Assembly: GCF_020745735.1 (NCBI RefSeq)
Contig: NC_083424.1
Span: 12,510,999 to 12,574,998, forward strand
DNA length: 64,000 nucleotides
Direction: 5' to 3'
Source of the DNA: Hemiscyllium ocellatum
Taxonomy: Eukaryota
The translations under genes were made by a program, and so were the position numbers. Below are positions 13,058 through 25,330 of this stretch, one piece after another (positions within the stretch are counted from its first letter, which is position 1; every line of letters begins with the position of its first letter). The notes beneath the pieces are model-generated. The model saw nothing but the letters and a program-made list of their open reading frames with translations. It was not told where the DNA came from and made no database searches.

Positions 13058-14060
13058 CTATAATAAAACATTGCATAGAAACTGTTCCGATTTTAGCTTT
13101 TACAGAGCGGTGCAAGCAACTGGAAAGACAAACTGTATGTTGGCTGCTCTTGGAGGAGGATTTCTGTAGTCAGAGAGATCCAAAAAGCTCCTTTGACCCA
13201 CCCTGTCAACACTATTCAAAAACAACTACCTCAATCCCATTTTCCAGCACTTGGCCCATTTCCCTAATACCTTGGCATCGCAAATGCACATCGAAATGCT
13301 TGTTAAATGTTACGGGGGGTTTCTGTCTCTCCCACCCTTACAGACAGTGAGTTCCAGACTCCCACCACTCTCTGGGTGTAAATGTTTTTCCTCATGTTTC
13401 CTTACACTCCTGCACTCTCACATTAAATTGAGATAGTTCCGAGGACTATGGAGATCAAGGGGAAATGGGGAAAATGTGGGTACAGGATTTGGATGACCAG
13501 CCATGATCATATTGAATGGCAGTCCAGGCTTGAAGGGCCAATTGGCCTATTCCTTCTCCTGGCTTCTCTGTTTCTATGTTAGCAATCCCTGGTTAAAATT
13601 CGCACCCCAACCCGTCCGTTGAACTGTGTTGCAACAGCATTGAATGTTGCTAACTATCAAGTTTGGGTTCTTCTTGATCTGTGGAGACCAGCTAGTCCTT
13701 GGATACATTACTGATAGGCTCATGGTGATGGTCCTGATACTGAGAAGCATTTAGTTATTGAGACACTGCTTCCCTCAGCTGAAGACTCTAGATCTTTCAG
13801 GATAAGATTTTGGCTCTTTAAGATGGAGGAGTAACACCTCCACTTAGAAACTCATGGATCTTCAGATTTCTTCGCCAACGTTGCCCTGTGGTCTTCGAGC
13901 ATATTCAGGACAGAGATTGATAACATTTTTGAGCAATAAATGTATTAAGGCAAATCACAGATCGATCAGGAGGGCAGGCTGAGATAGAAGATCAGTCATA
14001 TTTCTTATGTTCTTATGCTAACAATTGAGCAGTAGCTGGTGCACTGTCTGCTCACGTGAT

Positions 14061-14594
14061 TAGAGTCATAGAGTCATAGAAATGTACAGCATGGAAACAG
14101 ACCCTTCAGTCCAACCCATCCATGCCAACCAGATATCCCAACCCAATCTAGTCCCACCTGCCAGCACCCGGCCCATGTCCCTCCAAACCCTTCCGATTCA
14201 TATACCCACCCAAATGCCTCTTAAATGTTGCAATTGAACCAGCCTCCACCACTTTCTCTGGCAGCTCATTCCATACATGTACCACCCTCTGTGTGAAAAA
14301 GTTGCCCCATAGGTCTCCTTTATATCTTTCCCCTCTCACCCTAAACCTATGTCCTCTAGTTCTGGACTCCCCGACCCCAGGGAAAAGACTTTGCCTATTT
14401 ACCCGATCCATACCCCTCATAATCTTGTAAACCTCTGTAAGGTCACTCCTCAATCTCCGATGCTCCAGGGAAAACAGCCCCAATCTGTTCAGCATCTCCT
14501 ATAGCTCAAATCCTCCAACCCTGGCAACATCCTTGTAAATCTTTTCTGAACCCTTTCAAGTTTCACAACATCTTTCCAATAGGAAAGAGACCAG
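14061..14594 (-). mobile_element. Young CR1 LINE 3' fragment
   Basis: ORF 14148-14495 LNRLGLFSLEHRRLRSDLTEVYKIMRG...RTRGH...FFTQRVVHVWNELP, followed by a (CTATGACT)n tail. Confidence 0.9.
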
Positions 14595-15294
14595 CTGGCA
14601 CATCTCCTTTCCATCTCAAATGATACACTCAGACATTAAGCAATAGCAGCAATGCATTGGAGTGCTAATGCCAACTTGATTTGATAGGTATTAGTAAACT
14701 GTAGGGACAGCCCTACCCTCTTCCTGTATCCCACACACCATCCTGATCTCTCCCAGGCCCATGCACAGCACTAATGGCTGAGAGGTTTGATCTAGCCTGG
14801 TGTAGAGACCTTCCCCTTCAACACCCCCAAACCCCCCACCGCCCAGCCAGCCCACAGACCACCAGAGCAAAACAGCAAGGTGTAGTATCAGAGCATCCTC
14901 TGCAAGAACAGAACAGAGGTAGCAACACTGAGTGGGCTGTGTTGGGTGTGTCAAATGTTATGCATACAGTTGGCCAGGTGGATTGCCACGGACCTGATGA
15001 ATGATGCATTAACATGCTGTCACTAACATTATTCAAAAGCCAAATTAAGGAGACAAGAACATTGGAGTGGAGAACAGATACAGTCCAATTGTGCCACTCG
15101 CTATCTAAAAGAAATGAGATGAGGCAGAATAGGGTAAAGCCCATTCCTAGCATACCTCCCAGTGCTGGGCACTCACTGTGCAACTCGCAAATGAGAGCAA
15201 ACTAATGGGCAACATCAAGATACATGAAGTCTTGCCTCAAGTCTCAAGATGTAGACTCTCAGTGTAGAATCTGGACAAGAGGAACTTGTACTCT

Positions 15295-16260
15295 TTGGAG
15301 ACGGGACAGAACACCCCTGGTCCTCACTTTCCACCCCACCAACCTCCCTATACATTGCATCATCCTTCACCATTTCCACCACCCACAGAGCTATATTTCC
15401 CTCCCTACCCCTATCCGCTTTCTGTAAAGACCATTCTCTCCGCGACTCCCTTGTCAGGTCCAGGCCCTGCATCAACCCAACCACCCCTCATAGCTCCTTC
15501 CCCTGCTACCTCAGGAATTGCAAAACCTCCGCCCACAACCTCCCCCCTCACCTCTGTCCATGGCCCCAAAGGAGCTTCCACATCCATCAAAGTTTTACGT
15601 GCGTTTCTACACATGTCATTTACTGTATCCATTACTCCCGCTATGGTCTCCCCTACATTGGGGAGACAGGACGCCTTCTTGTACAGCACTTCAGAGAACA
15701 TCTCCAGGACGCCCGCACCAACCAACCCCACCACCCCATGGCCAAACATTTCAACTCCCCCTCCCACTCTGCCGAGGCCATGGAGGTCTTGGGCCTCCTC
15801 CATTGCCACTCCCTCACCACCCGATGCCTGGCGGAAGAACACCTCATCTTCTGCCTCGGAACTCTCTAACCCTATGGCATCAATGTAATTTCATCAGTTT
15901 CCTCATTTCCCTTCCCCCCACCTTATCGCAGTTCCAACTTTCCAACTCGGCACTGCCCTCTTGACCTGTCCTACCTGTCCATCTTCCTTCTCACCTATCC
16001 ACTCCACCCTCCTCTCTGACCTATCACCTTTACTTCCACACCTTCACCAACCTATCACACTCTCAGCTACCTTCCCTCTAGCCCCACACCCCCCTCCCAT
16101 TTATCTCTCCACCCCCTCAGCTCCCAGCCTCATTCCTGATGAAGGGCTTTTGCCCGAAACATCGATTTTCCTGCTCCTCAGATGCTGCCTGACCTTCTCT
16201 GCTTTTCCAGCACCACTCTCTCAACTCTAATCTCCAGCATCTGCAGTCCTCACTTTCGCC
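15295..16260 (+). mobile_element. Penelope-like element 3' fragment (Neptune-type) with GIY-YIG endonuclease and hammerhead motif
   Basis: 15576 onward translates FHIHQSFTCVSTHVIYCIHYSRYGLPYIGETGRLLVQHFREH...HFNSPSHS...EEHLIFCLGTL*PYGIN (VIY...YIG signature). It is followed by a C-rich UTR, a hammerhead motif and the family tail TCTCCAGCATCTGCAGTCCTCACTTTC. Confidence 0.88.
16131..16167 (+). ncRNA. Hammerhead motif in the Penelope 3' end
   Basis: CAUUC-CUGAUGA-A-GGGC-UUUU-GCCC-GAAACAUC-GAUU, downstream of the GIY-YIG coding remnant. Confidence 0.55.
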
Positions 16261-16446
16261 AAAGACATCTACTGTCCACTGTTTCAGACAGGGTTAGTGA
16301 GCAGGAAAAGCTCAGTCAGTCCATCTCGTCCGTCCCATATTATTATGGGTGAACCATCACGACATATGTTTCTGAATGCCTATTGTTCTTGCATGGCCAC
16401 ATACAATAATAGGAGTCATGCAATGTATGCATCTGTTGGAGTTAAG

Positions 16447-16626
16447 AGCTGAAAAATGTGTTGCTGGAAAAACGCAGCAGGTCAGGCAGCATCCAAGGAG
16501 CAGGAGAATCGACGTTTCGGGCATAAGCCCTTCTCCTGAAGAAGGGCTCATGCCCTTGGATGCTGTGCTTTTCCAGCAACACATTTTTCAGCTCTGATCT
16601 CCAGCATCTGCAGTCCTCACTTTCTC
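16447..16626. mobile_element. Hairpin Penelope-derived mini-element
   Basis: Inverted tails joined within the hammerhead. TSD CTGTTGGAGTTAAG at 16433-16446 and 16627-16640. Confidence 0.85.
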
Positions 16627-17068
16627 CTGTTGGAGTTAAGTGAGGTAATGGTTGTTCTCCTGGAAGACAGCTCCCAGGTTCACTCAGAGCAACAATTGGC
16701 CAATTCAGGGGGGTGTGGAAAATTGGTAAGAGGCATAAATTACATCTAGGAGGCTAGGAGGAAATTCTTTGACATGCATATAACAGTCACAGGCTGCAAG
16801 TCAAAATGATCATCATGATCAACTTCTTGCGGCTGATGATCCACTTGAAGAAGTGAACTGGCCCTTTGTGATATATTTTCTGATACTATCCCCCAACCCT
16901 AAAGAGACTCCAGGGGAATATCGATGCTCCTTGCTGAAGAGACCTATTGCTGATGCTTTAAGTGACAAGTTCACCTCTGCCAACTTTTCATCCTGGAGCG
17001 TATGTTCTTGCGGTTGTTTGTAATTTGGCCTTCTTGCGTGTGCCCTGTCTCTTTGTTCACTACATTTT

Positions 17069-17106
17069 AAGTTCTGATGAAGGGCTTTTGCCCGAAACGT
17101 CGATTT
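17069..17106 (+). ncRNA. Minimal type-I hammerhead ribozyme motif (PLE-associated)
   Basis: AAGUU-CUGAUGA-A-GGGC-UUUU-GCCC-GAA-ACGU-C-GAUUU, core intact. Part of a PLE tail insertion 17074-17199. Confidence 0.6.
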
Positions 17107-17364
17107 TCCTGCTCCTCGGATGCTGCCTGACCGGCTGTGCTCTTCCAACACCACACTCTCGACTCTAATCTCCAGCATCTGCATCCTCACTTTCGCCATA
17201 TTTTAACTTCTGTATGACAGATTTGCTTATGGAACCTCTTCTCTTCCATATCTGCTTTCGCACAGACCCCCTACCCAGGTGAGGGGTGAAGGGACCGAAT
17301 AGCCCAGCCCAGTTCTGAGACAAAACCACATCCTCTCTTCCCAGTCAGCTGAGCCAGGGATCAG

Positions 17365-17658
17365 CCTTAGAATCCTTACAGTGTGACGCAGACCAGTTGG
17401 CCCAACAAGACCACACCAAACTGCTGGAGAACATCCTACCAAGACCCATTCCATCCCAGCAACCCTGCATTTCCCATGGCTAACCCATGCATCTTTGAAA
17501 TGTGGGAGGAAACCAGAGTACCCAGAGGAAACCCACACAGACATAAGGAGAGCATGCAAACTGCACACAGTCAATCATCTGAGGGTGATATCGAACCTCA
17601 GACGAGGGTGATATCGAACAATGCTATGAGGCACCATTGCTAACCACTGAGCCACCCC
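17365..17658 (-). mobile_element. HE1/V-SINE-like SINE (diverged)
   Basis: Reverse V-domain GTGGGAGGAAACCAGAG...GCAAACTGCACAC; contains a 16-bp internal direct repeat. Confidence 0.75.
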
Positions 17659-18289
17659 TCTATTACTATATCTGTAACTACAGTATGTTCTGGAGTATTG
17701 TCACTAAAGTACAAACTTTATCTCCGTCTTCTCTCTACACAGATGCTGCTGGACCTGTTGAATTTCTCCAGTAATTTTTGGTTTTGTTTGTTTCAAGACC
17801 CCAGCCTCGACAGTTCCTTGTTTTATCTCAATATGTTACCACAGAAGAGGACTCTTGTGATGCAATGGTAATGTCCCTACCCCAGAACTAGGAGGACCGC
17901 GTTCCAGTCCCACCAGCTTCAGGGGTGTAAACAGCATCTCTGAACAGGTTAATTAGAAAATATCTAAAATAGCGGGATAGGATGGTTTTCACCCAGGAAA
18001 TAAAGCCATGACGATTTTTGTCCTAAAAATTTAAACTTGTCAAATATATTGATAGATCACCAACCTCAACACAGACAATTAAAAGCAATAAATTATTAAA
18101 CCCTTTCTAAGGCAAACTCTGATATCCATTTCACAGTTAGAGGAGTCATAACAAACAGGCAACGTTTACGTGAACGAGGAGTTGCAACTAAGGTAGATTT
18201 CCTATAAATGCACAGTTTAAAGTAAGCATAGAGTGTCTGTCACAAATAAGAATACGTTTGTGCATAACAGATCCATTTGTAACAATTCG

Positions 18290-19150
18290 GCCGGATGTTT
18301 TATGACCAAATGCCTGATGCATCGAGTCGCCGGTGATAACGCACTGATGTCAATTTCACGTCTTATCATTTGCAATTTCACCTCCGATTGCTCTCTGGTT
18401 TTGTCTAGACTTGGGAACAAGGCTGTTTAAATAAATAACAAAAAGCAAACTGAACGGCCTCAAAAATTCCCAGCTCGGCTCAATAAAATGCAGCAGAAAG
18501 GGGTGGGTGGGGGAACGAGGACCAAACTGCACGGGCTCAAGCCTCCCAAACCAACCCCCCGCCCAAGAAAAAGGTCGAGAATTGTACCTTGGCATCCGAG
18601 GCAGAGGGTCAAATCCGTCAGTCTGCAAAAATCTCCGCGGAACCTAGCTCCGCCTCGTCGAAAAGATGATGAAAGGTTCAAGGGAGGGGGAGGATTGATT
18701 GATCATTCTGTACCAGGGAAAGGGCAAGGGATGAGGTGGGTCAGTGAAAGGCGATTTGGAACACAGTCAGACAGGTGGGTAAAGGGTGTTGCTGAGGACA
18801 AAGCAAAGGATGGCACCTGTTTTCCTGGCTCCTGGGGTGTTTTCTTTCTTCTGATCTCTTTCTCTCTCTCTCTCTCTCTGATCAGACTGACGTCAGACAA
18901 TACTGAGTGGGGATGGAAAGAGAGAGAGAGAGAATGGACTGATAGTGATAGAGAAAAGAGAGGACTCAGTCTGAGAGAGAGAGAGAAAGAGGTGTGAGGA
19001 TACAGCATGAGGTGAGAGCCAAGGACGAAGCTTTTGGAAGGTCAACCCGCATTTGGCAACACTGGGTACCGGAGAGCTCGGGAATTTAACAGACTTTGAA
19101 AATTCAGGGAAGCCGATTAAAAACGGAAGATTCTCAGCTCGCTCTCTCTC
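18290..19150 (-). promoter_or_regulatory. Candidate SLC7A4 promoter / non-coding first exon
   Basis: Non-TE, locally CpG-rich stretch with GC box CCCCGCCC (18557-18564), full CRE palindrome CTGACGTCAG (18887-18896), (GA/CT)n tracts and a minus-strand donor-like AAG|GTACAA at 18588/18587. The link to SLC7A4 is inferred from position only. Confidence 0.4.
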
Positions 19151-19540
19151 TCTGTGCTGCAATTAAACCACCAAACTAACCCAAAAAAAAGTGCATTACC
19201 TAATGCACACAATGAAGACGATATCACATAATTAACAGTTGAAAGACAGAACAGGGAAGCTAAAAGCAAAATTAATGCAGCTAAATTAATCAAACATGCG
19301 ACCTCCTGTAGAGGTTATATTTCCAGGAGTAATTTTGGCTCTAGGAATTCTTCACATTGACACATACACCCACGCCCCTTACACACACACACAGGTGAAA
19401 TCTAGCCCTCTATTGTTCCCTTATTACAAAATTGACTTCTGTCTATATTATCTTTGCCTTTAATACAGTATTTTTCAATTGATAGCTGCTGTTATTGAAA
19501 AAAAGGCTTAACTGTCCATTTACACCCTAATAATGTGTAT

Positions 19541-19779
19541 TTTTTTCATTTTTTCTTTTCTTTCTTTTTTATTTTTTCTTTTTAAATTTTTTTTAAAGCC
19601 CCACACTCCCGCCTAACTGCGGTAGGTAGTGCTTATGTTTTCCCCTGCACCCATGTTGTGTGTGTAGGTGTGAGACACAGTGAAAGACACAAGGTGCATA
19701 AATCTTTATTCAGTTTCCACCATCAGGAAGGAAAGAAACACCCGAGTGGCCAGTGACAAGCAGTCCCCTTCACATCAAA
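19541..19779 (-). mobile_element. 5'-truncated poly(A) retroposon (probably Tx1/L1-type LINE 3' UTR) with TSD
   Basis: T-rich tract at 19541-19595 (poly-A on minus). 12-bp TSD AATAATGTGTAT at 19529-19540 and 19780-19791. Family assignment is from memory only. Confidence 0.7.
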
Positions 19780-20477
19780 AATAATGTGTATCTTAAATCA
19801 GAATTGACACTGGAGATTGGACAGAAATTGCTGAAGCAATTACAAGCAAAAACACTGTGGAGGATGAAGATCTGAAATAAGAACAGAAAGTGCTGGAGAA
19901 ACTCAACAGGTCTGGCAGCATCTGTGAAGAGAGAAACAATGTTAACATTTCTAGTCCAGTAGATCGTCTTTGGAACCTAACCTTGCTGAATCATGGAGAG
20001 TATCAATGCCATGAATTGGATCTTCACTCAACATTATAATTCGGATAACGATGTTGTGGCATAAATTACCAGAAGCGCAAATCGATTACCATGTGGTGAG
20101 GGCAACTGATCATCTAGATGGGTCTTAACCATTTTGGCACAGTGGCCCCATTTGAGGCTTGAAAGTTGTGGTGACCCCACTGAGAACCCACCAAAGGGCA
20201 TTGGGGGTGAGAGGGGAGGATGTCTGAGAGAACAATGCGGGGTACAACTGGGACAAATCGGTCAAGGCTCCATGAAGCTCATTACTGCTGCAGAGCTCAT
20301 GACCCCAAAATGCAACTTAGGGTGTGCCAGGGGAGCCTCAGTCATGTGTGTTGCTCAGCCTATAGTATATGAGAAGTCTTAGACATTCCGGTGGTCTGGA
20401 TGACCACACCCGCAGGTAGTGCTATGGTTTGGGCGGCATGAGAGTTGGGTTTTGGGATTTGAGTGTTACCTGACTAC

Positions 20478-20790
20478 TTAGATTTAGATTACCTACAGTG
20501 TAGAAACAGGCCCTTCGGCCCAACAAGTTCACACCGACCCACCGAAGCGCAATCCACCCATTCCCCTACATTTACCCCTTTACCTAACACTATGGGCAAT
20601 TTGGCATGGCCAATTCACCTGGCCTGCACATCTTTGGACTGTGGGAGGAAACGGGAGCATCCGGAGGAAACCCACGCAGACACGGGGAGAACGTGCAAAC
20701 TCCACACAGTCAGTCGCCTGAGTCGGGAATTGAACCCGGGTCTCTGGCGCTGTGAGGCAGCAGTACTAACCACTGTGCCACCGTGCCACC
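20478..20790 (-). mobile_element. HE1/V-SINE-like SINE (young)
   Basis: Near-identical reverse complement of the 35618 copy. Confidence 0.92.
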
Positions 20791-21794
20791 TGGAGGCACA
20801 GCAGCTATGTGGATGACATGTGGTCACTCTACAACATAGGAAAGCGCAGTCAGGGAAGGATTGGATGACCACCAGTCTGAAGAATGGCACACAAGCATTC
20901 AGAAGAGCAACAGAGTGCACGTCACTGAAGGATAGCTTTTTGGTGGATTCTCTGGGGGGTGTGGGGGTGATGGGGTGCAGCCAGAGACCAGCTACCTGAG
21001 GTAGGTTGAGGAAGAGAGGAAGAGCTTTAGTGGTAGAAGACTCAATAATCCGGGGTACAGACAGGAGTTTCTGCAAACTTGACTCCACAGTTGTGTGTTG
21101 TCTCCCCTGACTCCAAGGTCCAGGATCTCACTGAACTGCTACACGGCATTCTGAAGGGATGGAGTGAACAGTCAGAAGATGGGGTTCACATTGGTACCTC
21201 TGACATGGGTGGGAAAAGGGATGAGGTCCTGCAGCAAGAATTTAGGAAACTAAGCAGCTGATTGAAAAGCAGGACTTTGAGGGATTTATTCTCCAGATCG
21301 TTCCTGGTACAATGTGCTATATGAGTGTGGGAATGTAACAGATGAATGTGTGGCAGAAGGAGGGAAGATTGTTGATTTTTCATTGAACCCTGAGCAAGGA
21401 TCAGGGGATTTTGGTGAACATGTCCACCAGCCCCTAAAGGTCTCAGGACAGGCAGATAAAATTTGTAGGGTACTTGCCTTTATTAGCCAAGGCATAGAAT
21501 TAAGAGCAGGGAGGTTATGCCGGAACTGTATAAAGCATTGGATAGGCCACAGCTGGAATATTGTGTGCAGCTATAGTTTGGATGTGATAGCCCTGGAGAG
21601 GGTGCAGAGGAATGTTGCCTGGGTTGGGGAGCTTTAGTTATGGAGGGAGCTCAGAAAGTCTGAGGTTGTTTGCCTTAGAGCGGAGGAGATTGGGAATGAT
21701 TGAGATGTATAAAATAATGAGGAGCATAGACAAAAAGAGATTTTTTTTCCCTTGGTGAAGAGATCGATGACGAGGGGCACAGATTTATTAGTTT

Positions 21795-22051
21795 ATTAGA
21801 TCCCCTACAGCCTTTCAGCCCAACAAGTCCACACTAACCCTTTGGGGAGTAACCCACTCAGACTCATTTCGCTCTGACTAATGCACCTAACACTATGGGC
21901 AACTTAGCATGGCCAATTCACCTGACCTGCACATCTTTAGACTATAGGAGGAAACCAGAGCACTCAAAGGAAATCCACGCAGGCTGGAATCGAACCTGGA
22001 ACCCTGGTGCTGTGAGGTAGCAGTGCTAACCACTGAGCCACCGTGCCACCC
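21795..22051 (-). mobile_element. HE1/V-SINE-like SINE nested in CR1
   Basis: CAGTGCTAACCACTGAGCCACCGTGCC head; interrupts the CR1 3' end. Confidence 0.8.
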
Positions 22052-22323
22052 TTAAGGTAAGAGGAAGGAGGTTTGGAAGGGATGAGAGGAAAAATGTTTT
22101 CACCCAGAGAGTGGCAGGAATCTGGAATTCACTGACTCTAAGGATGGGAGAAGCAGAAATACAAATAACAGAGTAGTATTTAGATGTGCATTTAGATGTG
22201 GTGTTAAGTCATACAAGATTATGCGCAAGTACTGGAAATAGTTAGGTTGTTGCTTTTCACTGGTGCAGCCTTTTTCTGTGGAGTAGACCTCTCTGACTCT
22301 TATGAATCTATGGGTCTGCTGCT

Positions 22324-22636
22324 GGGCGGCACAGTGGCACAGTGGTTAGCACTGCTACCTCACAGCGCCAGAGACCCGGGTTCAATTCCCACCTCAGGCG
22401 ATTGACTGTATGAAGTTTGCACGTTATCCCCGTGTCTGTGTGGGTTTCCTCCGGGTGCTCCGGTTTCCTCCCACAGTCACAAAGTTGTGCGGGTCAGGTG
22501 AATTGGCTATGCTAAATTGCCCGTAGTGTTAGGTAAGGGGTAAATGTAGGGGTATGGGTGGGTTGCGCTTCGGCAGGTTGGTGTGGACTTGTTGGGCCGA
22601 AGGGTCTGTTTCCACACTGTAAGTAATCTAATCTAA
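22324..22636 (+). mobile_element. HE1/V-SINE-like SINE (young)
   Basis: A-box GTGGCACAGTGG, B-box GGTTCAATTCC, V-domain, TAATC tail. Confidence 0.92.
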
Positions 22637-22649
22637 AACCAATACAAGT

Positions 22650-24183
22650 CTGCTTGGTTGTATCTGAGCTGAAATGGAACCAACATCCTTGTGGCGGTGG
22701 ATTTGCTCATGCTGTTAGTAAGGGTTGAAGCTAATCAGATAAATAAAGAAAAGCCAAGTCAGTCTGGGTGGCAGAGTGTATAAAGGGAAGTTAAGGCAGA
22801 AGGAGCAGGGCAAAGCTCCTTTAATGTAAGGTAGAGAAGTTGAGGGTGCTCATTAAACATGGGGTATGATATTGCTATTATAGAGAGACAGGAACAGGAC
22901 TGGCAACTCAATATTCTGATGTTTAGAATCTTCAGGCAAGATAGGGAGAGATGTAAAAGAGGAGACGGTGTTGCAATATTGATTAAGGAGTCAATTATTA
23001 AGGAGGGCTGATGGCTTGGGAGGTTCCTCAGTTGATGTCACATGGCTGGAACTTAAAAGTGAAAAGGAGGCAATCAGATTGTTGGGAATGTATTGTGGAT
23101 CTCCAAATGCTCAGGGAGAGACAGAAGATCGGGTAATATCGGCAAGTATAAAAATACTGGAGGGTTTTAACTTCCTGAATCTTAACTGGGATAGACAAAG
23201 TGTGAAAGACTTGAAAGGCATAAAATTCTTAAAATATTTATTGGAGAGCACCACATATAAAGGTCTAGAAGAGAGGGAGTGGTGCTGAACCTAATTTTAA
23301 GGAACAAAGCCTCGCAGATGTGTCAATGGAGATGCATTTCGGTGAGTGATCGTAACTCAGTTTGATTTAAGGTAGTCATGGAAAATGGCAAAGATGGACC
23401 CGGAATAAGGGTTCTGAACTGGAGGCAGGCTGATTTTAATATGATGAACAGGATCTAGTCAGTGAACCGAAAAGCATCTACTTGCAGGAAAATCTCATCA
23501 GAAACAGGGGAGTCATTCAAAAAGAGCAATAATGAGGGTGGAAGGACAATCTATTTATATAAAATTGAAGGTGGAAACAACAAATCCAGAGAACCATGCT
23601 CATTGAAGGGTAAACAGGATCAGATAATGGAAATAGGGAAGCTGATGGTGGATACCAAAAAGGTTCAGAAAGCTAGAAGCCTAGCAGAGTATAGAAAATG
23701 CAGGGGTTGTTTAAAATTAACTAGAAGGATAAAAAGGAGACATGAGAAAACACTGGTGGATAAAACAAAGGAAAATTCAAAAGGATTTTAAAAATATTCT
23801 GCGGCAAGAAGATACCCAGGGGCAGTGTAGGGTCCATTTGGGATCAAAATGGCAAACTGTGTGTGAAGCCAGAAGGCATAGGTAAGGTTTTAAATGTGTG
23901 TTATGCATCTGTATTGATTATAAAGAAGAACAATGCAGGTATAGAAATCTCGGGGGGACAGTGATGTACATGACTAAATTAGAATGGGACATGGGATAAG
24001 TATTAGGGGTCTTAAATTTGAAATAAAAACCCAGGCTTAAGATAGATGTATGCCATTGAGATGTAGGAGAAAAGTGAGGTGATTACAGGGGCCCTGACAT
24101 TAATCTTCAAATCCTCTTTGACCATAGGAGTGGTGCCAGAGGACAGGAGAACAGTTAATGGGGTACTATTACTCAAGAAAGGT
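22650..24183 (+). mobile_element. Degraded CR1 LINE (endonuclease to start of RT)
   Basis: Homologous to 60880-62380 (WLELKS...EGFNFLNLNWD; LTLIFKSSLTIGVVPEDRRTVNGVLLLKKG). Confidence 0.75.
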
Positions 24184-24184
24184 A

Positions 24185-24700
24185 AAGAAAAACCGAAAGA
24201 ACTGCAGATGCTAGAAATCAGAAACAAAAACAGAAATTGCTGCAAGAACTCAGCAGGTCTGGCAGCATCTGTGGAGAAAAATTGGAATTAACATTTCAGG
24301 TCCAGTAATTCTTCTTCAGAACTGATGATGGGGAGACGGGCTAAGGAGGAAACAGTAGGTGGAGATAGAGCCCAAAGAGAGAGAAGACCAGTTGGACAAA
24401 GGAGTGGAAAATGGTCAGCCTGGGAGAATAAAGAGCTGTTAGCAGTGAATAATGAATTGTGGGCAATTGCAGACCACGTGATAATGAGGCCTGGTGTATG
24501 GGGGAGGAGGAAAATGTGGGGAAGGAGCTCTACCCTAAAATCAATATTGAGTCCAGAAAGCTGCAGGGTCCCCAAGTGGAAAATGAGGTGCTGTTCTTCC
24601 AGCTTGCACGGAGCTTCACTGGAACGCTGCAGCATGCCTGAAATAGAGATGTTAGCCAGGGAATGGGATGGTGTGTTAAAGTGGCAGGCAACTGGAAGCT
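24185..24700 (-). mobile_element. Penelope-like element 3' fragment
   Basis: ORF 24288-24635 contains KLEEQHLIFHLGTLQLSGLNIDF, the same PLE endonuclease C-terminus. Tail resembles GCAGATGCTG...CAGCAGGTCTGGCAGCATC. Confidence 0.75.
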
Positions 24701-24904
24701 TAGCAGAAGCCCAGCTTCGCAGACTACCTACGTTCTGTCCAAAAAAAAAGACCCTGAGCTTCCCATTGCATGTGCCACTTCAACAGACCTTCCCCTCACC
24801 ATCTCCTTAAATGGAAGACCTTTTAGTTTGAAACTGTTCCCCCAGGTCTAGGTGTCCCATGTGGGGAAGCACACTCCTGACATCTTCCTAGTTAAGCCCC
24901 CGCA

Positions 24905-25330
24905 CAGCAAGGTTTGAGAAGATTTGTAGCTTAGATTGAGGTTTTGGATGTAGGTTTGCTCACTGAGCTTGAAGATTCATTTCCAGACGTTTCGTCACCC
25001 AACTAGCTAACATCTTCATTGGGCATCAGGCGAAGCAATGCTGTAATTCCTGCTTTCTACTTATAGGTTTGGGTTTCTTTGGGTTGGTGATGTCATTTCC
25101 TGTGGTGAAGTCACTTCCTGTTCCTTTTCTCAGGAGGTGGTAAATGGGGTCTAACTCGACGTGTTTGTTGATAGAGTTCCGGTTGGAATGCTATGCTTCT
25201 AGGAATTCTCCTGCATGTCTTTGTTTGGCTTGTCCTAAGATGGATGTGTTGTTCTAGCCAAAGTGGGGTCCTTCCTCATCTGTATGTAAGGATACTAGTT
25301 TGAGAGGGTCATGTCTTTTTGTGGCTAGTT
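24905..25330 (-). mobile_element. Poseidon-type Penelope 3' fragment
   Basis: Similar to 44851-45210 (CTAGGAATTC...TGTTTGGCTTGTCCTA...GTGGCTAGTT), with a degenerate hammerhead at about 24984-25022. Confidence 0.75.

Larger units (their letters stand above)
20085..22305 (+). mobile_element. Degraded CR1 LINE pieces (ORF1 SGNH-esterase remnant and 3' end) interrupted by two SINEs
   Basis: ALVVEDSIIRGTDRSFC and VCCLPDSKVQD at about 21020-21125. CR1 RT C-terminus (ALERVQR) at about 21420-21780. Confidence 0.6.
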
